DNA from: Chlorokybus atmophyticus
Taxonomy: Eukaryota > Plantae > Mesostigma and Chlorokybus algae
Assembly: GCA_009103225.1 (NCBI GenBank)
Contig: RHPI01003244.1
Location: forward strand, 276,903 to 340,902
Length of the DNA stretch: 64,000 bases
Direction of reading: 5' to 3'
Position 1 is the first letter of the stretch. Each line of letters begins with the position of its first letter. The notes beneath the pieces are model-generated. The model was not told the origin of the DNA. It saw only the letters and a list, made by a program, of their open reading frames with translations, and ran no database searches. The translations under genes were made by a program, and so were the position numbers. This document shows positions 39,421-51,018 of this stretch, in pieces.

Positions 39421-42400
39421 TACACAATCGAGTCTTAAATAGACTTGCTTGACTTAGACAATCAAGCTATGACAACTTATATTTAAGAACACACTAGAAC
39501 TTAAGGCACCAACGTTACATGTTATCGCCGTTGACGCGCTAGCAGTGCCGCGTCAGTGATCGGCTCTGCCGGCTTGTTATTGCGCATGCGCGCGTGAGAC
39601 GCGCGAATCGTCCCATCAATTCCTTTACTGTTAATGAAAACTATAAGCTCGTAATGCACAGAAAGCTCATCATAACGTGGCAAGTATACACTTGTGATGA
39701 TAAGTCAATTGAATTTTTGCTGTGCATATTGAATTACTTAAATCCAGTTATTATGCCTCATACTATCAAACTCGCCTTCACACTACTAGTATTTTATTGT
39801 ATCTATCCTTGAAAGTACTATATAGATACTAACAATAATATTGTCCCATAGAAAGTTTTAATGCTTATATATTGCAAATAATAAATTGCACGTACATATT
39901 ATGTGTACGCACACTTTATTTAAAGTTGCGCTGCACGCGGCGGCTGTGGTAAGGTGTTTAAGCTCTGGATTGGTTGCATGCATTGCAGTTTGTCATTATG
40001 ATTGATATCACATAGTGCAATGCATTATCATATAACAAATCGTATCTGAATCGTATTTGTTTTTCAAAAGTGAGAATACTTAAAAATACTCGTATTTATG
40101 TCCTGTCGGGTATGTAATCATATTTCGTGTCATGCAGCTATGTTTAATATGTGTGCATAAGTTCAACAGTAGGGAATATAACATATGCATATATCATATA
40201 TGTAAGCGGTGTATCTAATCATATGCTCTAATTGGGCAAAACACAGTACCAAAAAATACTCGTATTCTGAACATCAAAAACAATACTCGTATACTGTACT
40301 GTGCAATTGTGCCCACCCGTGGCTCACTTTGCCATTGAGGACATGTACATGCAAAGTGGCGGCATGCATATGCTAAAAAGCAGTATACACTATGGCATGT
40401 GTCCGGTGCAGCAATGCATCATGATGTATGGCAGTGTACAAATTGATGAAGTCATGCGTAGCCAAGTGCATTGACTCACGCTTCTGTTGTGCCGTTCTGC
40501 TGGTGTTGAGTGCCATTGTCCAACGTTGCAGTCCTTGTGAATCTGTTAAGATGCAAAACTGCCTTACCAATGGATCCTGCACACACATTGCTCACAACAA
40601 ATCAAACACCGGAGTCAAATACTTGTACACTGTTGTCAACCACACCGAGACATCAAATAGCGTCATGTCAAACGTTGCTGCAATGAACCGTAATTTTGGT
40701 GGCTTCTTGTGCATCTTGAGCGTCATATAGAGGTGTGGTAATTTTGATTGTAATTTGCGCACAGACAAATCGCCAAGCAAGTGGTTAAAGTTGTGATGCC
40801 TGTCAACCACATGATCACCTGTCTCTTCTACTAGTAGATAAGTGGCACATGCGAGCTTTGCCACTGTAACTCAGTCAGATAGTAGTTCTTGAGAAAAATA
40901 CATTTGCAGCTTTGTCCATCTGTGTAATGACCAAGCAATGCTGCAAAGCACGGAGCAATGTGTGATTGGCAGACTGCAATTGCACCTATGGGGTTGTGGT
41001 TGTGGGTGTTCTTGCATGGACGGCACCCGAGCGTCAAGCTGTGAATGTACGGCAGCAGCTCATGGCTGCAGCGTCCTAAGTGACGCTTTGCTTGCTCAAT
41101 GGCTTTAAGTTGCGCATAACTACTGACACATGCTTGCAACGTTGCCAAACACTCCGCAACATTAGCCATAGCAAGAGGACGAAACTTCACACCGCATTGC
41201 AACGAATGATGCATTGGGGCCGTCTCAGCAATGGCAGTGTTACAAGTGATGACATGGTGCATGTCAGCATGCACAAACGGCAGCATGCATATTGGCTCTC
41301 ACACTGATAGATGGTTTGCAAAATGTGCTGCTGCTGTGTCGTAGTCATCTTCGTCACCATGTGGGTCGTGTTGATAAAATCCCTTCCTAACGCTTTGTTA
41401 TACTTTCAAACAAGCATGAGTTTCGACCATGCCTCACGCAGCTGCTGTGGCACGGCCTTCAAGACCTGTGGCTCTTGCAACACGTTCTGTAAGTTGAAAA
41501 TCAGTGACCAGACTTTCAAACTTACATGTCACCAGCATTCTCTTCCCCTTTGGTGCTGCACGTGTGCGAGGGTGACGCAGGGCTTGTTTAAGGGCACCCA
41601 AGTCAGCATGATGTCGCGTTTTCAACCCAACGTCTGCCGGTGCTGAGCATTACAGCACAGTGAGCATTCGCTGGAGATTGCGTGGCTGATATGCCAGCGG
41701 CTAAGAGAACCTGAAGTTGAGTGCTTACATTAGTGACTGCAAATACAACAAGCGGCACTTGTATTTGCAATACCCAAAAGCTCTTTGCCGCCACCATGGT
41801 GCCAACAATAGCTGCAAAGCTAGCGACAAAGGGCGGGCAGGACATTGTGCAACTTCAGGATCATGCACAGCCATTTTATCATGGTTAAATGAGTTACGTG
41901 CACGCCTAGAGCCATGATGTTCTTAATTTCAACCAAGCGGTGATGAGTGCCAAGAACCTGTATCCAAGCTCGCTCGAGGTGGCGTGGTCGTCGTTGACAA
42001 GCTTTGTTGCCAACTGTTGTGTCAGCTAACGGCGTGAAGGGTACATGTTGCAGATGTTCGATTGCCCACGCCAATGTGCCAGTACGCAGCATCAGCGCTT
42101 CCACAGGGGTAGCACGTGTGCCTGCACCCGCCTTAGCGTGTTGCTTGAATCTTGCAAATGAGATGTTGCATGTAAGACCCACATAATACTTCTTATCACC
42201 ATTCAGCATAAGCATGCAAGAAATGACATGTTTGCAAGCAATGGGACTGAGCGCATCAGCAAGACCAAGCAAAGAGACACGTTTCTCCTTGATCTTGTTG
42301 TGGATTGGTAGCCCTAGTTGATAGTGCGCGCTGTGGACATGCCTTTCAACGGCACTGTGACGCTTCAGAAGGCGGCTCAAGGTCTGCACCTGCGTCCTCA

Positions 42401-43880
42401 TCCTCGTCCATGCCATTGACCCCATCCTCGTACATTGCAAGCTGTGCACTAATGCGACTAATGCCTACCAGCCCCCAACAACTTAGCTACTGCAAGGAGG
42501 CAACACAAGCAGACACCACACCAATCAAGCATTCAGCTCCACCACCAAACGCACAACAGAACAGACAGTATGCACCTCAGGTGCGTGCACCTGAGGCGGG
42601 CACCCAGCGATGGGAGTTGGGCCGCTCAGCCGCGCACCACTTACTCAACCAGAATCCGGGGCAGTCCACATATGGTATAGCAATCACAAGTCCAACGCAT
42701 TCATCACACATTCACTCAAGCACGCTTTGGCACGAGCACACACCAACCAGCAGGCCAGAGCAAATCAACTAGTTACACCAGGCCAACAACCTAAAGATCT
42801 AAGGGGGCTGGGCTATGAGCATTGCTGACTCATGACGGCTGCAACGCAGCTTCCAGCAATAGTGGTACTCGCAGCCGCATGATGAAGAGGGAGGGATAGA
42901 GAAAGAGAAGCAGAGGTGAGTCCAGGAAGACCGCAAGGACGACCACCAAGGCCACAATGTAAATGCCCAGCCCCCACGAACTGCCTCCGCCGCCAGTCCT
43001 CACTCCTGCCACGCAACTCACAACGGCCGTACAGCAAATACGGCTGCAGGCATTATAGCATTATAGCAAGCAGTCATGTAGGTTGCAAGTGGCTGAGTCA
43101 TGTGAGGCTGAGTCATGTGAGGCACAGTGTGACATCAAGATCTATGTCATGCACAGAGATACATGGCAAGGCACACAGTCACAGCTAACCTGTATCCCTG
43201 TGTCCTGTGTATCCACACCTATCCTGTGCTTGTCCGTTGGACACCATACCATGCATGCGTGGCTGCATGCCGTCACTGCATGTCATGTGCATGCGCATAC
43301 ATTTGTCAGGTGAGAAGCAGCTTGTCTTGCTTTGCCACTCCTTGCTTGGCGTGCGACTGAAGGGCCAAGAGCATTGCCTTCGCTGTGCTTGTCTTATGCA
43401 AACTTGCTACTTGTCTGCTGGTCATTCACCACCACCGACTGCCCTTGCTCACAATGCACAATTCTTTGCTTGCTTACTTGCGTAGGTGTCAGTGTCTTGC
43501 TACTGTACTTGCATGTGCATGTCCTGCATCTTGTGTACAGCAAAGTCCGACGCACGTACATTGCTGATGCATACCTACATGACCTGGCACAACCACTACC
43601 GATCTCAAACCATACTCGCCAGTTGGTTGTTGGGGATTCTATAGTGAGCCTGTATACTACTCGTTACAGAATTTCATGCATACAACTCACACACTCACAA
43701 CCATTTTCTCTGTCAACCTGCCCGAAGCACTTGGTCTGAGCCTCCTTCTTTGATATGTCATTTGCCTCAATGCTCAACTTCGTGCAATGCCAAACGCTTT
43801 ACGAGCGCGAGCTGCTGGGGCCATGCCTGCTTCGATCTCCTTCGCTATCGGCGCTTGGCTCACGATCGTCAACTCTAGAA

Positions 43881-44291
43881 CTATCTTGAATGTTGGGGCG
43901 GGCCCCAAACAGGCTCGCAAGGGTGTTGTGTCCAATGCCACTTGACAGCTCTAACGAGCTGGTATGGGATGATTGCTGCTGCGGAGGTGGTGGCTGCTGC
44001 TGCGGGGAAGCAGAGCAGACTGGTCAGTTGCCAGCATTGTTGGCCAATGCTGAAGTTTTTCATTTGTGCAATTATCACAGGTTGCTCATGGCATCGTTGA
44101 ACTTGCAAGTGTGCATCGTGTTGCACCTGGAAAGCCATTTGGAAAGGTGATAGTGACGGTCCGCCAGGTATGGAAAAAGTACCAGTCTTTGGCGGCAGCC
44201 CAAGCCCATCAGTTCCCCAATTTCTCGACAGGAGAGCCTGAAAGCTGTGCAGCTGCTCTTGTGCAGAGAACTGTTGTTGTTGTTGTTGTTG

Positions 44292-44330
<39 letters not shown>

Positions 44331-46509
44331 TTGCTGTTGCTGTTGTGTATGGTTGCTTGTCAGGGCCGCAAGTAACCCAGCAGGCCTTCCCTGCAACCCC
44401 TAGCGCAATGAGACAAAAGTGATGCAGCTGTGGGAGACAGTACGAATCCGCAACAGGACAGAGAGCACAGTCCATGCTAATGCAGTGCTCAGCAAGTTGA
44501 AAATCTGCAACTCAAATGCGCATGTGGTTATTGACCAGGAATATTGCCATACCAGCTGGAGCAGGTGAGCATCATCTTGCAACTTCTGTTGCCCTGTTCT
44601 TGTGAAACAGCTCTCTGGCATTCCAGGATGAACTGCCTGCGATTGCTGCAATTGCAGCTGCGTCTGTGGCATCATTGACTGTGAAAACAAAGAAGACTCT
44701 CCTTGCACTCGGCCACTGGACTGGCCCTGAGCTGTTTGTCCTGCTAAAAGTGAAAATAGCTCCACCAACCACCGTTTCAATGTGAGCAGCTCTGTCTGTA
44801 TCTGCGCATGCACAACATGTCAGTATGTTGGGTGCCTTAGTGCAGTCCCTCCCATATAGCACCAACCTGTACAATTTGCAGCTCCTGTACTGTCTTCAGC
44901 CGCTTGACTTCCATGCTTAAATCGTTGCCCTGTATGGTGCTGGATGCTAAGAGGCTTACAGTCACCACAACTTGTGTGTGAACAATTGCTTACCAAGGAG
45001 CGAAGCTGCCCAACTTGGTTAAGGTCAATGCGTCCTGCCTGTTGAGCAGCCGCTGCCGCTGCAGCTGTCTCGTGCGCTTGAACCACTCCGCGATTCCGCT
45101 TTGCACTGTGTATGAGACGACCAATAGTCAAGCAACTGCCCGAGCATTGCAGCGCATAAGCTTGGCTTCCAGCACTGTGGATGTGACCGAGCAACCATGC
45201 AGAATCATTATGCCACAAACCACTCATATGAAAGGCGTTGTGCTGACCTGAAGTCTGTTTCTTCTGCGTCCTCGTAAGTCATTGTGTACTTTTCCAGGGA
45301 ACGCAAAATGTCCTGAGGGCCACCGAACAGACCAGGCGATGATGTCAGTGCAGCTGCTTCATACAACATGGCTGGGCCCGTTAGGGTGGTGTTGGCTTCT
45401 CCCTCGGAATCTTCAGAGTCTTCACCCTCATTGCTGCGACCTGGATGGAAGTGTTGCAATGGGAGCGGAAGCGCATCTATGGCATTTCGCGCAGGCGCAT
45501 CAGGCCGAGGGGGATTTGATGAAGAGCTGGGGACAGCGGCTGTAGTTTGTGCTAGATGTTGTGGCACATGCGAGTGCAGCCTTGAGACTGGTGGTCTCGC
45601 AGCATCCTCTTCCTGAGGAGGGTGCTTGAGCAGCGGCCAGTACGTGGAGAGACGCATGTGGTGGTGCAAATGCTGCGAAGTGTAGAGTGCAAGTTGGTCA
45701 AAAAAATTCTGTTAAATGCCTTTGCATCAGCCCAATACCTCGTACGGCAAGCAATATAAAACCTGTCAACAAGCCTCAACCACAAACTGTACAGGAAGGT
45801 GTTTGAAGTGCTGAGCAGGTTGGTTACCTGGAAAAGGGGGGTTTGCCGCAGTTTTGCCTTTTGTGCCATTGCATTGAAAACAATGGGGAGAAGCACCAAC
45901 CGAAGGTGACCCTGTCAGCGCAAATCAGGCGCATTTCGAGGACAGTTTGCGGCTCGTGCTCATTGAATGCTAACATCCTCGAGCTTGCTACATTCTGGCA
46001 TTACAGACACACCAACCAACCAAAGCACGGAGTCTTACCTGTAAGGCATTTTCCTGTCCCAGAAATTGCCGCACAAGAGCCTTCACCTCGTGAGGACTTT
46101 CAAATGCCCACTGCCAGTACAGGAAGGATCCACCCCGTCGCCTGCCAGTGCGAGCGGTGAGGGCGGCGGCGACGCCGTCAGGGAGGGGGACGAGCCTGTG
46201 CTTGAGGGAGGAGAGCTTCCGGCTGTAGTTGGCCGCAAAGACGTGCTTCATGTAAATGAGGGGCAGGAGGACATCGCCGGTGGAGGTGTCCTCCACCAAC
46301 AGGTACCTCTCTGTGTCGCTGACAACGAGCCACAGCGGCCTCACCGACGTCAGCTGGGGGTTACTTGCGGCGGGGGCCATCCCCGTCCTTCCGTCCTCGC
46401 CTGCATGCCCCACCTCGCCCACCCGCTCTCCCTCGCCGCCGTTGCCGCCGTTGCCGCCGCCGCCGCCGCCGTCCTCATGCTCAACACTCCCGCCCGTACA
46501 ATCTGGCAT
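43881..46509 (-). CDS. Multi-exon gene of unknown function with a globular N-terminal region and polyQ/polyA tracts; exon model only partly resolved
   Basis: Open first exon 46509-46040 ending CAG|GTAAG, several further AG/GT-bounded coding-like segments, and a (CAG/CAA)n polyQ run at about 44275-44345. Frames could not all be reconciled. Confidence 0.5.
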
Positions 46510-46551
46510 GCCACCGGCACACTTTTCAAACCCTAATTGGCAAATTGCAAT

Positions 46552-46623
46552 TGGGAGTGGGAGTGCTAACTAACAGGAAGTTATGCAAGTGGGAGTGGGA
46601 GTGCTAACTAACAGGAAGTTATG
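46552..46623. promoter_or_regulatory. Exact 34-bp tandem duplication (period 38) in the intergenic region between divergent genes, next to a telobox AAACCCTAA at about 46528
   Basis: tgggagtgggagtgctaactaacaggaagttatg occurs twice. Confidence 0.6.
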
Positions 46624-47052
46624 TCCCCGTCGCGACTGTCTCCAACCGGCAACCTTCCGCTCCTTACGTAAGCTGTAACATTACGACCTTTTCTTCCGCT
46701 CGTGCACTGCCTGTGCGACCTGCTGCAAAGTGGGGCGGTGGAGCTAGCCCAGCTCCTGGCGGTGCGTGTGCGGGAAGAGGTGCGCCTTCCTCGGTGCAGC
46801 AACATCCATGTCAGTTGTCAAGGATTGCTGTACGCTGGCTTGCCGCAAATTGCCGTGAAGAGAGTGCAGCAGCAACCCAAGCAAGGTGTGGGCTAGCTCT
46901 GCATGGCCAATGCTTGCCAGCTTGATGGTGATGATGACTTCAGTGAACTTGCCTTGGTTGACGCTGTTTCCTTAGCTAGCTTGTAACCCTTTGCTGATCA
47001 GCCGTGCTGGTTCGCTTCTGCTTACACCTCCTTGTGTGCGCTCAAGGCTCTC

Positions 47053-48725
47053 ATGCGTGCGTCCAGTCTGGCCGTGCGCGCGGCGTGCAGCGCAGGCTGG
47101 CGTGGCTTGTTGCAGACAGCCCCTGTGACCTCAACGACAGCTGGCAGCGTATTGCCGTTTGCACCGCAATCTAGGTTGCTATCTCCAACAAGCTTTCAGG
47201 CAAGTGCAGAGCGGTACCGTTTGCACAACGTACGTTCACTGTCTCAATGGGCCTGGCACAATGGACACGTGGCATGACTTGTTCATTGAGCATTCAACTG
47301 CTCTCCAGGCGTTTCGCACCAGGGCGGCCTCTCTAGCAGATGTTAAGACTGTCAAGCCGGCCGCTACTGCACCAGCCAGCGCAGGCAGCTTCCTCGTAAG
47401 CTGCGGCTGCCTGCAGATCTGTTGCGCTCTGCACAGAGTGCTCACCAGCGTGCCGTGCAGGCTGGTTTGCGTTTGCTGAGGGAGCAGCATATTGTTCCGC
47501 TGGTGCTTGGCTTCGCGGGCGCCATTCCTTTCCTGGCCTTCTCGCCGCTTGGAGAAGTCCTGTTGCCGTTGCCGGTAAGCCAGCCTACCCTGCCCTGTGT
47601 GTCAGCTGTGTTGGCATGTTGCGCTTTGCTTTATTAAAACCTATTTGGGTAACATGCGGTTTGGACAGCTTTGTACACATCAAGCGAATTCTTGCGAGCT
47701 AAGCGTAGCTGTGCTACGTCGGTGTTATCCAGTTGTAATTCGTCATGATTGTTTGTGTATATGCGTGGTTAACAGTCTTAACCGCTGTGCATGTGTTGTC
47801 AACTTCAGGGTTGGTTAGAAGGGACGCATGTGCGTGCTCAGGCTGCGTATGGTGCATCAATACTGTCGTTCTTGGGAGCTGTGCATTGGGGCTTAGCGAT
47901 TGCAAGTCATGGAGGTGAGACACGACGGTGAAAACAGTTGTGTTCTGTCTTTGTTCCTGTCTGCTAATGCTGTACCAATGCCTTGTTTGACGGTGGTGAT
48001 CAAGTCAATGTCGCAATGCACTTATGTGCATTCGTGCCCACAGCAACCGTTGCTGGACTGGCAGTGCCTCCAATGCTCAACGCTGCTAGGTGGGTGATGC
48101 TGTTGTCGTGTGCGGTGCGTGCGGCTCGAACTGTAGTCACTTGTATGCGTCGTTTAACAAAAACAACCTAAAATTGTGTCATGCTTGTGGCAAGATATGT
48201 TTGGGGTGTAACACCGTCTTTGATCTCGGCTGGCGCTTTGCTTCTACCACCCCTGCCTTGCTTGGCCACCCTTTTCACTGGACTAGGAGCGGTAAGTGTG
48301 CAGTTGTGTGCTGTTTGAGTTCCAGTACGTGTTCACCAGGGTATTCAGCTGTGAGTGCTGTTGCATGGTCATGAGCCAGCAAAGTTAGTAGACTTCTACA
48401 CTGGCAATGACCTTGCTGGCATTGTCTCTGCTAGGCTTATATTGTGGATCTGGAGTTTGCTAAGCGCTCGCTGCTCCCAAGATGGTGAGCTGACATGCAG
48501 CAGATAGCAAGCTTTGTGGGCGCTCACGCTCACGCACACGCGCACACTGACCTGACACGGGTGTTGCGCTGCAGGTACATGTCCTTGAGGCTACCTTTGA
48601 CCATAGTTGCCATGCTGAGCATAGGAGCAACCATGGGCGGCGCAATGCTGCCTCGCCCGCGCCCAGTGAAGGTGCCCGCTTCGTTACCACAAGAAGTCAA
48701 ACAGGAGCTAAACAAGAAGACGTGA
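47053..48725 (+). CDS. DUF3429 / TMEM69-like membrane protein with a probable organellar (mitochondrial) presequence, about 8 exons
   Basis: LVLGFAGAIPF, QAAYGASILSFLGAVHWGLA, RYVWGVTPSL, D...A.RSLLPRWYMSLRLPLT. Arg/Ser/Ala-rich N-terminus. Confidence 0.9.
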
Positions 48726-49269
48726 TATGCTGCTAGGATGGTATCAGCATAATGGGTAAGCGCTGGCAATCCGATCGACATGCCATGCGATAGGCCCTTG
48801 ATGCGTTCAATGGGACAGCGCTCTACTGTATATATAATGGTGGATGGTAGTACTGCCAGCAGTGGTGTGCAGCACTCTTAGAACAACCTGAGTACAGCGC
48901 ATAGCCTGAACGGTGCGGCCAATGCAAGCCCAAGCTGCACATGTTTGCCTCTTGTTCCTCTTTTCATACTGTAGCGTTTTTCTTGTATGCTGCATGGTTG
49001 CTCGTGTCACTGGAATGAGCACAGCTGCATGCCTGCCCCNNNNNNNNNNNNNNNNNNNNNNNNNNNNNNNNNNNNNNNNNNNNNNNNNNNNNNNNNNNNN
49101 NNNNNNNNNNNNNNNNNNNNNNNNNNNNNNNNNNNNNNNNNNNNNNNNNNNNNNNNNNNNNNNNNNNNNNNNNNNNNNNNNNNNNNNNNNNNNNNNNNNN
49201 NNNNNNNNNNNNNNNNNNNNNNNNNNNNNNNNNNNNNNNNNNNNNNNNNNNNNNNNNNNNNNNNNNNNN

Positions 49270-49372
49270 ACCTCTCTCTCCCTTTCTCCCTCCCTCTCCC
49301 TCCCTCTCTCTCTCCCTCCCTCTCTCTCTCGCTCTCGCTCTCTCTCACTCGCTCTCGCTCTCGCTCTCTCTG
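49270..49372. repeat. (CT)n microsatellite adjacent to an assembly gap
   Basis: Directly visible. Confidence 0.9.
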
Positions 49373-50006
49373 GCATGGCTACCGCTAAGCTACCACTTTG
49401 CATATACATACCCAGTATGCTGTACCTGCAAAACATATCACCTTATATGGTAGGTTTTTGCTTTGTGCGTCATCGGTGGGCGCGAAGTTTACCGCATGCA
49501 TGCATCTGGTGGCGACATCAGAGTTGTAGCCATTGTAGTTGGGAGTTGTAGTCGGCTTTGCGTGGTTGTTCATGTAGTCGTAATTGTGGTTGTGCACCTA
49601 CGATTGAGCTTGTGTTTGACAGTTGCGAGCGTGGCGCTGAATAATTTTGTTTTTCTGTTCTGAACTATGTGCTCTAGCTAAGTGCATTGGACGCAACAAG
49701 TGGCTGTGTGTGCCACTGTGCCAGCAAAGGCAAACCAGCAGTACAAGGTAGGCACAGGCGCACCGCATGCAAGGGAGGGCGTGGGTTGATAGGCAGAGGT
49801 AACACAGCCGACTAAGCTGTGGGCAAAATGGCCGTGTTGTCCTTTGTTCAGCGTATGCAGCGCTGGTATGGTATACACCATTATCTGAGCGACAGCTAGT
49901 GCTGCTCGTAGATGTATTCGCTTGCACGTAAGCTAGTGTATAAGCCTACGCTCCTCTGCTACAACGATGTTTGCAACGCTACCTAGTCAACAGTTTACCT
50001 TCATCG

Positions 50007-50327
50007 TCAGCGTGTAAGTGAGCTCAGCATGTGCAGCAGCGTGCCACCGGCGGCACCTTTGTCGGGGTCGGCCTGGACGCCGCTGTGGACAGAGCGAGGC
50101 GGATTGACCTCTGGCCTGATGGGGGCAATCTGTGAGGCCCATGAGCCTCGGAGCTTCCCTGCCGGTACTCTAACGTCAAAATATGCACAGTTGAAGCGGC
50201 TTTGTTCCGCTGTTTTTTCAGCTTGCCACTTGATTGCCTGTTGGTCGGCACACCAGCTTGCATGCATAGCTTGGGGATTCCCTTGCATGCCACCCATTGC
50301 GGCGTAGTTTTCCAAACGCTCTAGCAT
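50007..50327 (-). CDS. Possible last exon of a small uncharacterised gene divergent from DEG15
   Basis: Protein-like open frame (HASWCADQQAIKWQAEKTAEQSRFNCAYFD); upstream exons not resolved. Confidence 0.3.
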   Translation of the reverse strand: MLERLENYAAMGGMQGNPQAMHASWCADQQAIKWQAEKTAEQSRFNCAYFDVRVPAGKLRGSWASQIAPIRPEVNPPRSVHSGVQADPDKGAAGGTLLHMLSSLTR

Positions 50328-51018
50328 TCAGCATGATGGGTGTTATGTCTCAAGGTGAGTGGGTGCTATCTCATCCGCACTGCTGCCCTGGCGCATCCGT
50401 TTATCTGTAGAGACTTGGAGATCGAGGAATTGAACTCATGCACGGTGTAGCTAACGACAACAGCTCGTGTGTTTTACAATTACAAGTTGCAAGGGTTCGC
50501 AAAGGCCAGCTTGCATGCTGTTTCGCACGTAGCCGCTGTGAGAGCGTTTACGCACTAGGCAGAAGGCAAACGGATAATTTGGCTTTTATTGTCTTCTTCA
50601 GTGACCTGCAACAATGAAGACAGTTGAGCTTGCGTGTGTTTGCCTTAGCAGCAGCAGGCCGCACTTTCAGTTGTAGCCAGCTTTGTATTCTTGGCACCAT
50701 GTGTTTACCCTTCAACTGCGGTGCTTCCTGTGCGGCCATCTTGTCAGACGGTGTCCTTTCTTTGCAGGAGTGAGATGCCAACACGATGCAAACTATTCAT
50801 GCATTTGACTGCAAAGCAAGAGGCTGTCATGTTATGGTGTAGCATAGTTGGGTTTGTTGACTAAGCTCATGCTGTGTTTGAGTTGTTTAGCAGGTCAGAT
50901 GCACAAGGCTGAATCTGATTCGTTCCAGTGATAATGCACTGCAGGGGTGTAGTACGAGCGGTCCCACCGCAGGCAGCGTACTGGTGGCCTGCCGTGCGTA
51001 AAGTTTTGGCCGAGGAAC

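Larger units (their letters stand above)
35846..40301. mobile_element. Putative DNA element interrupting the Penelope-like RT, itself carrying the gypsy remnant
   Basis: Fills the gap between the two RT halves. Weak terminal match CAATACA/CAGTACA, possible TGCA 4-bp TSD, and AATAC(T/G)-type subterminal repeats at both ends (AATACTCGTAT x3 at 40085-40295). Confidence 0.35.
34435..43185 (-). mobile_element. Penelope-like retroelement of the Naiad/Chlamys type (N-terminal GIY-YIG, then RT), decayed and split by nested insertions; about 510-525-bp direct repeats (pseudo-LTRs) at 42677-43185 and 34435-34960
   Basis: GIY-YIG: KKYYVGLT..ARFKQH...LERAWIQVLGT (42250-41930). Linker HVIT and LQCGVKFRP. 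RT N-half: DKAAN, LPHLYMTLKMHKKPPKLRFIAA, THDFINLYTAIHH (40920-40400). RT C-half: QVIGIAHGNNAGVYLAN, HYVDDLL, SKLREPEF...RAPHPNS (35800-35140). Confidence 0.85.
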
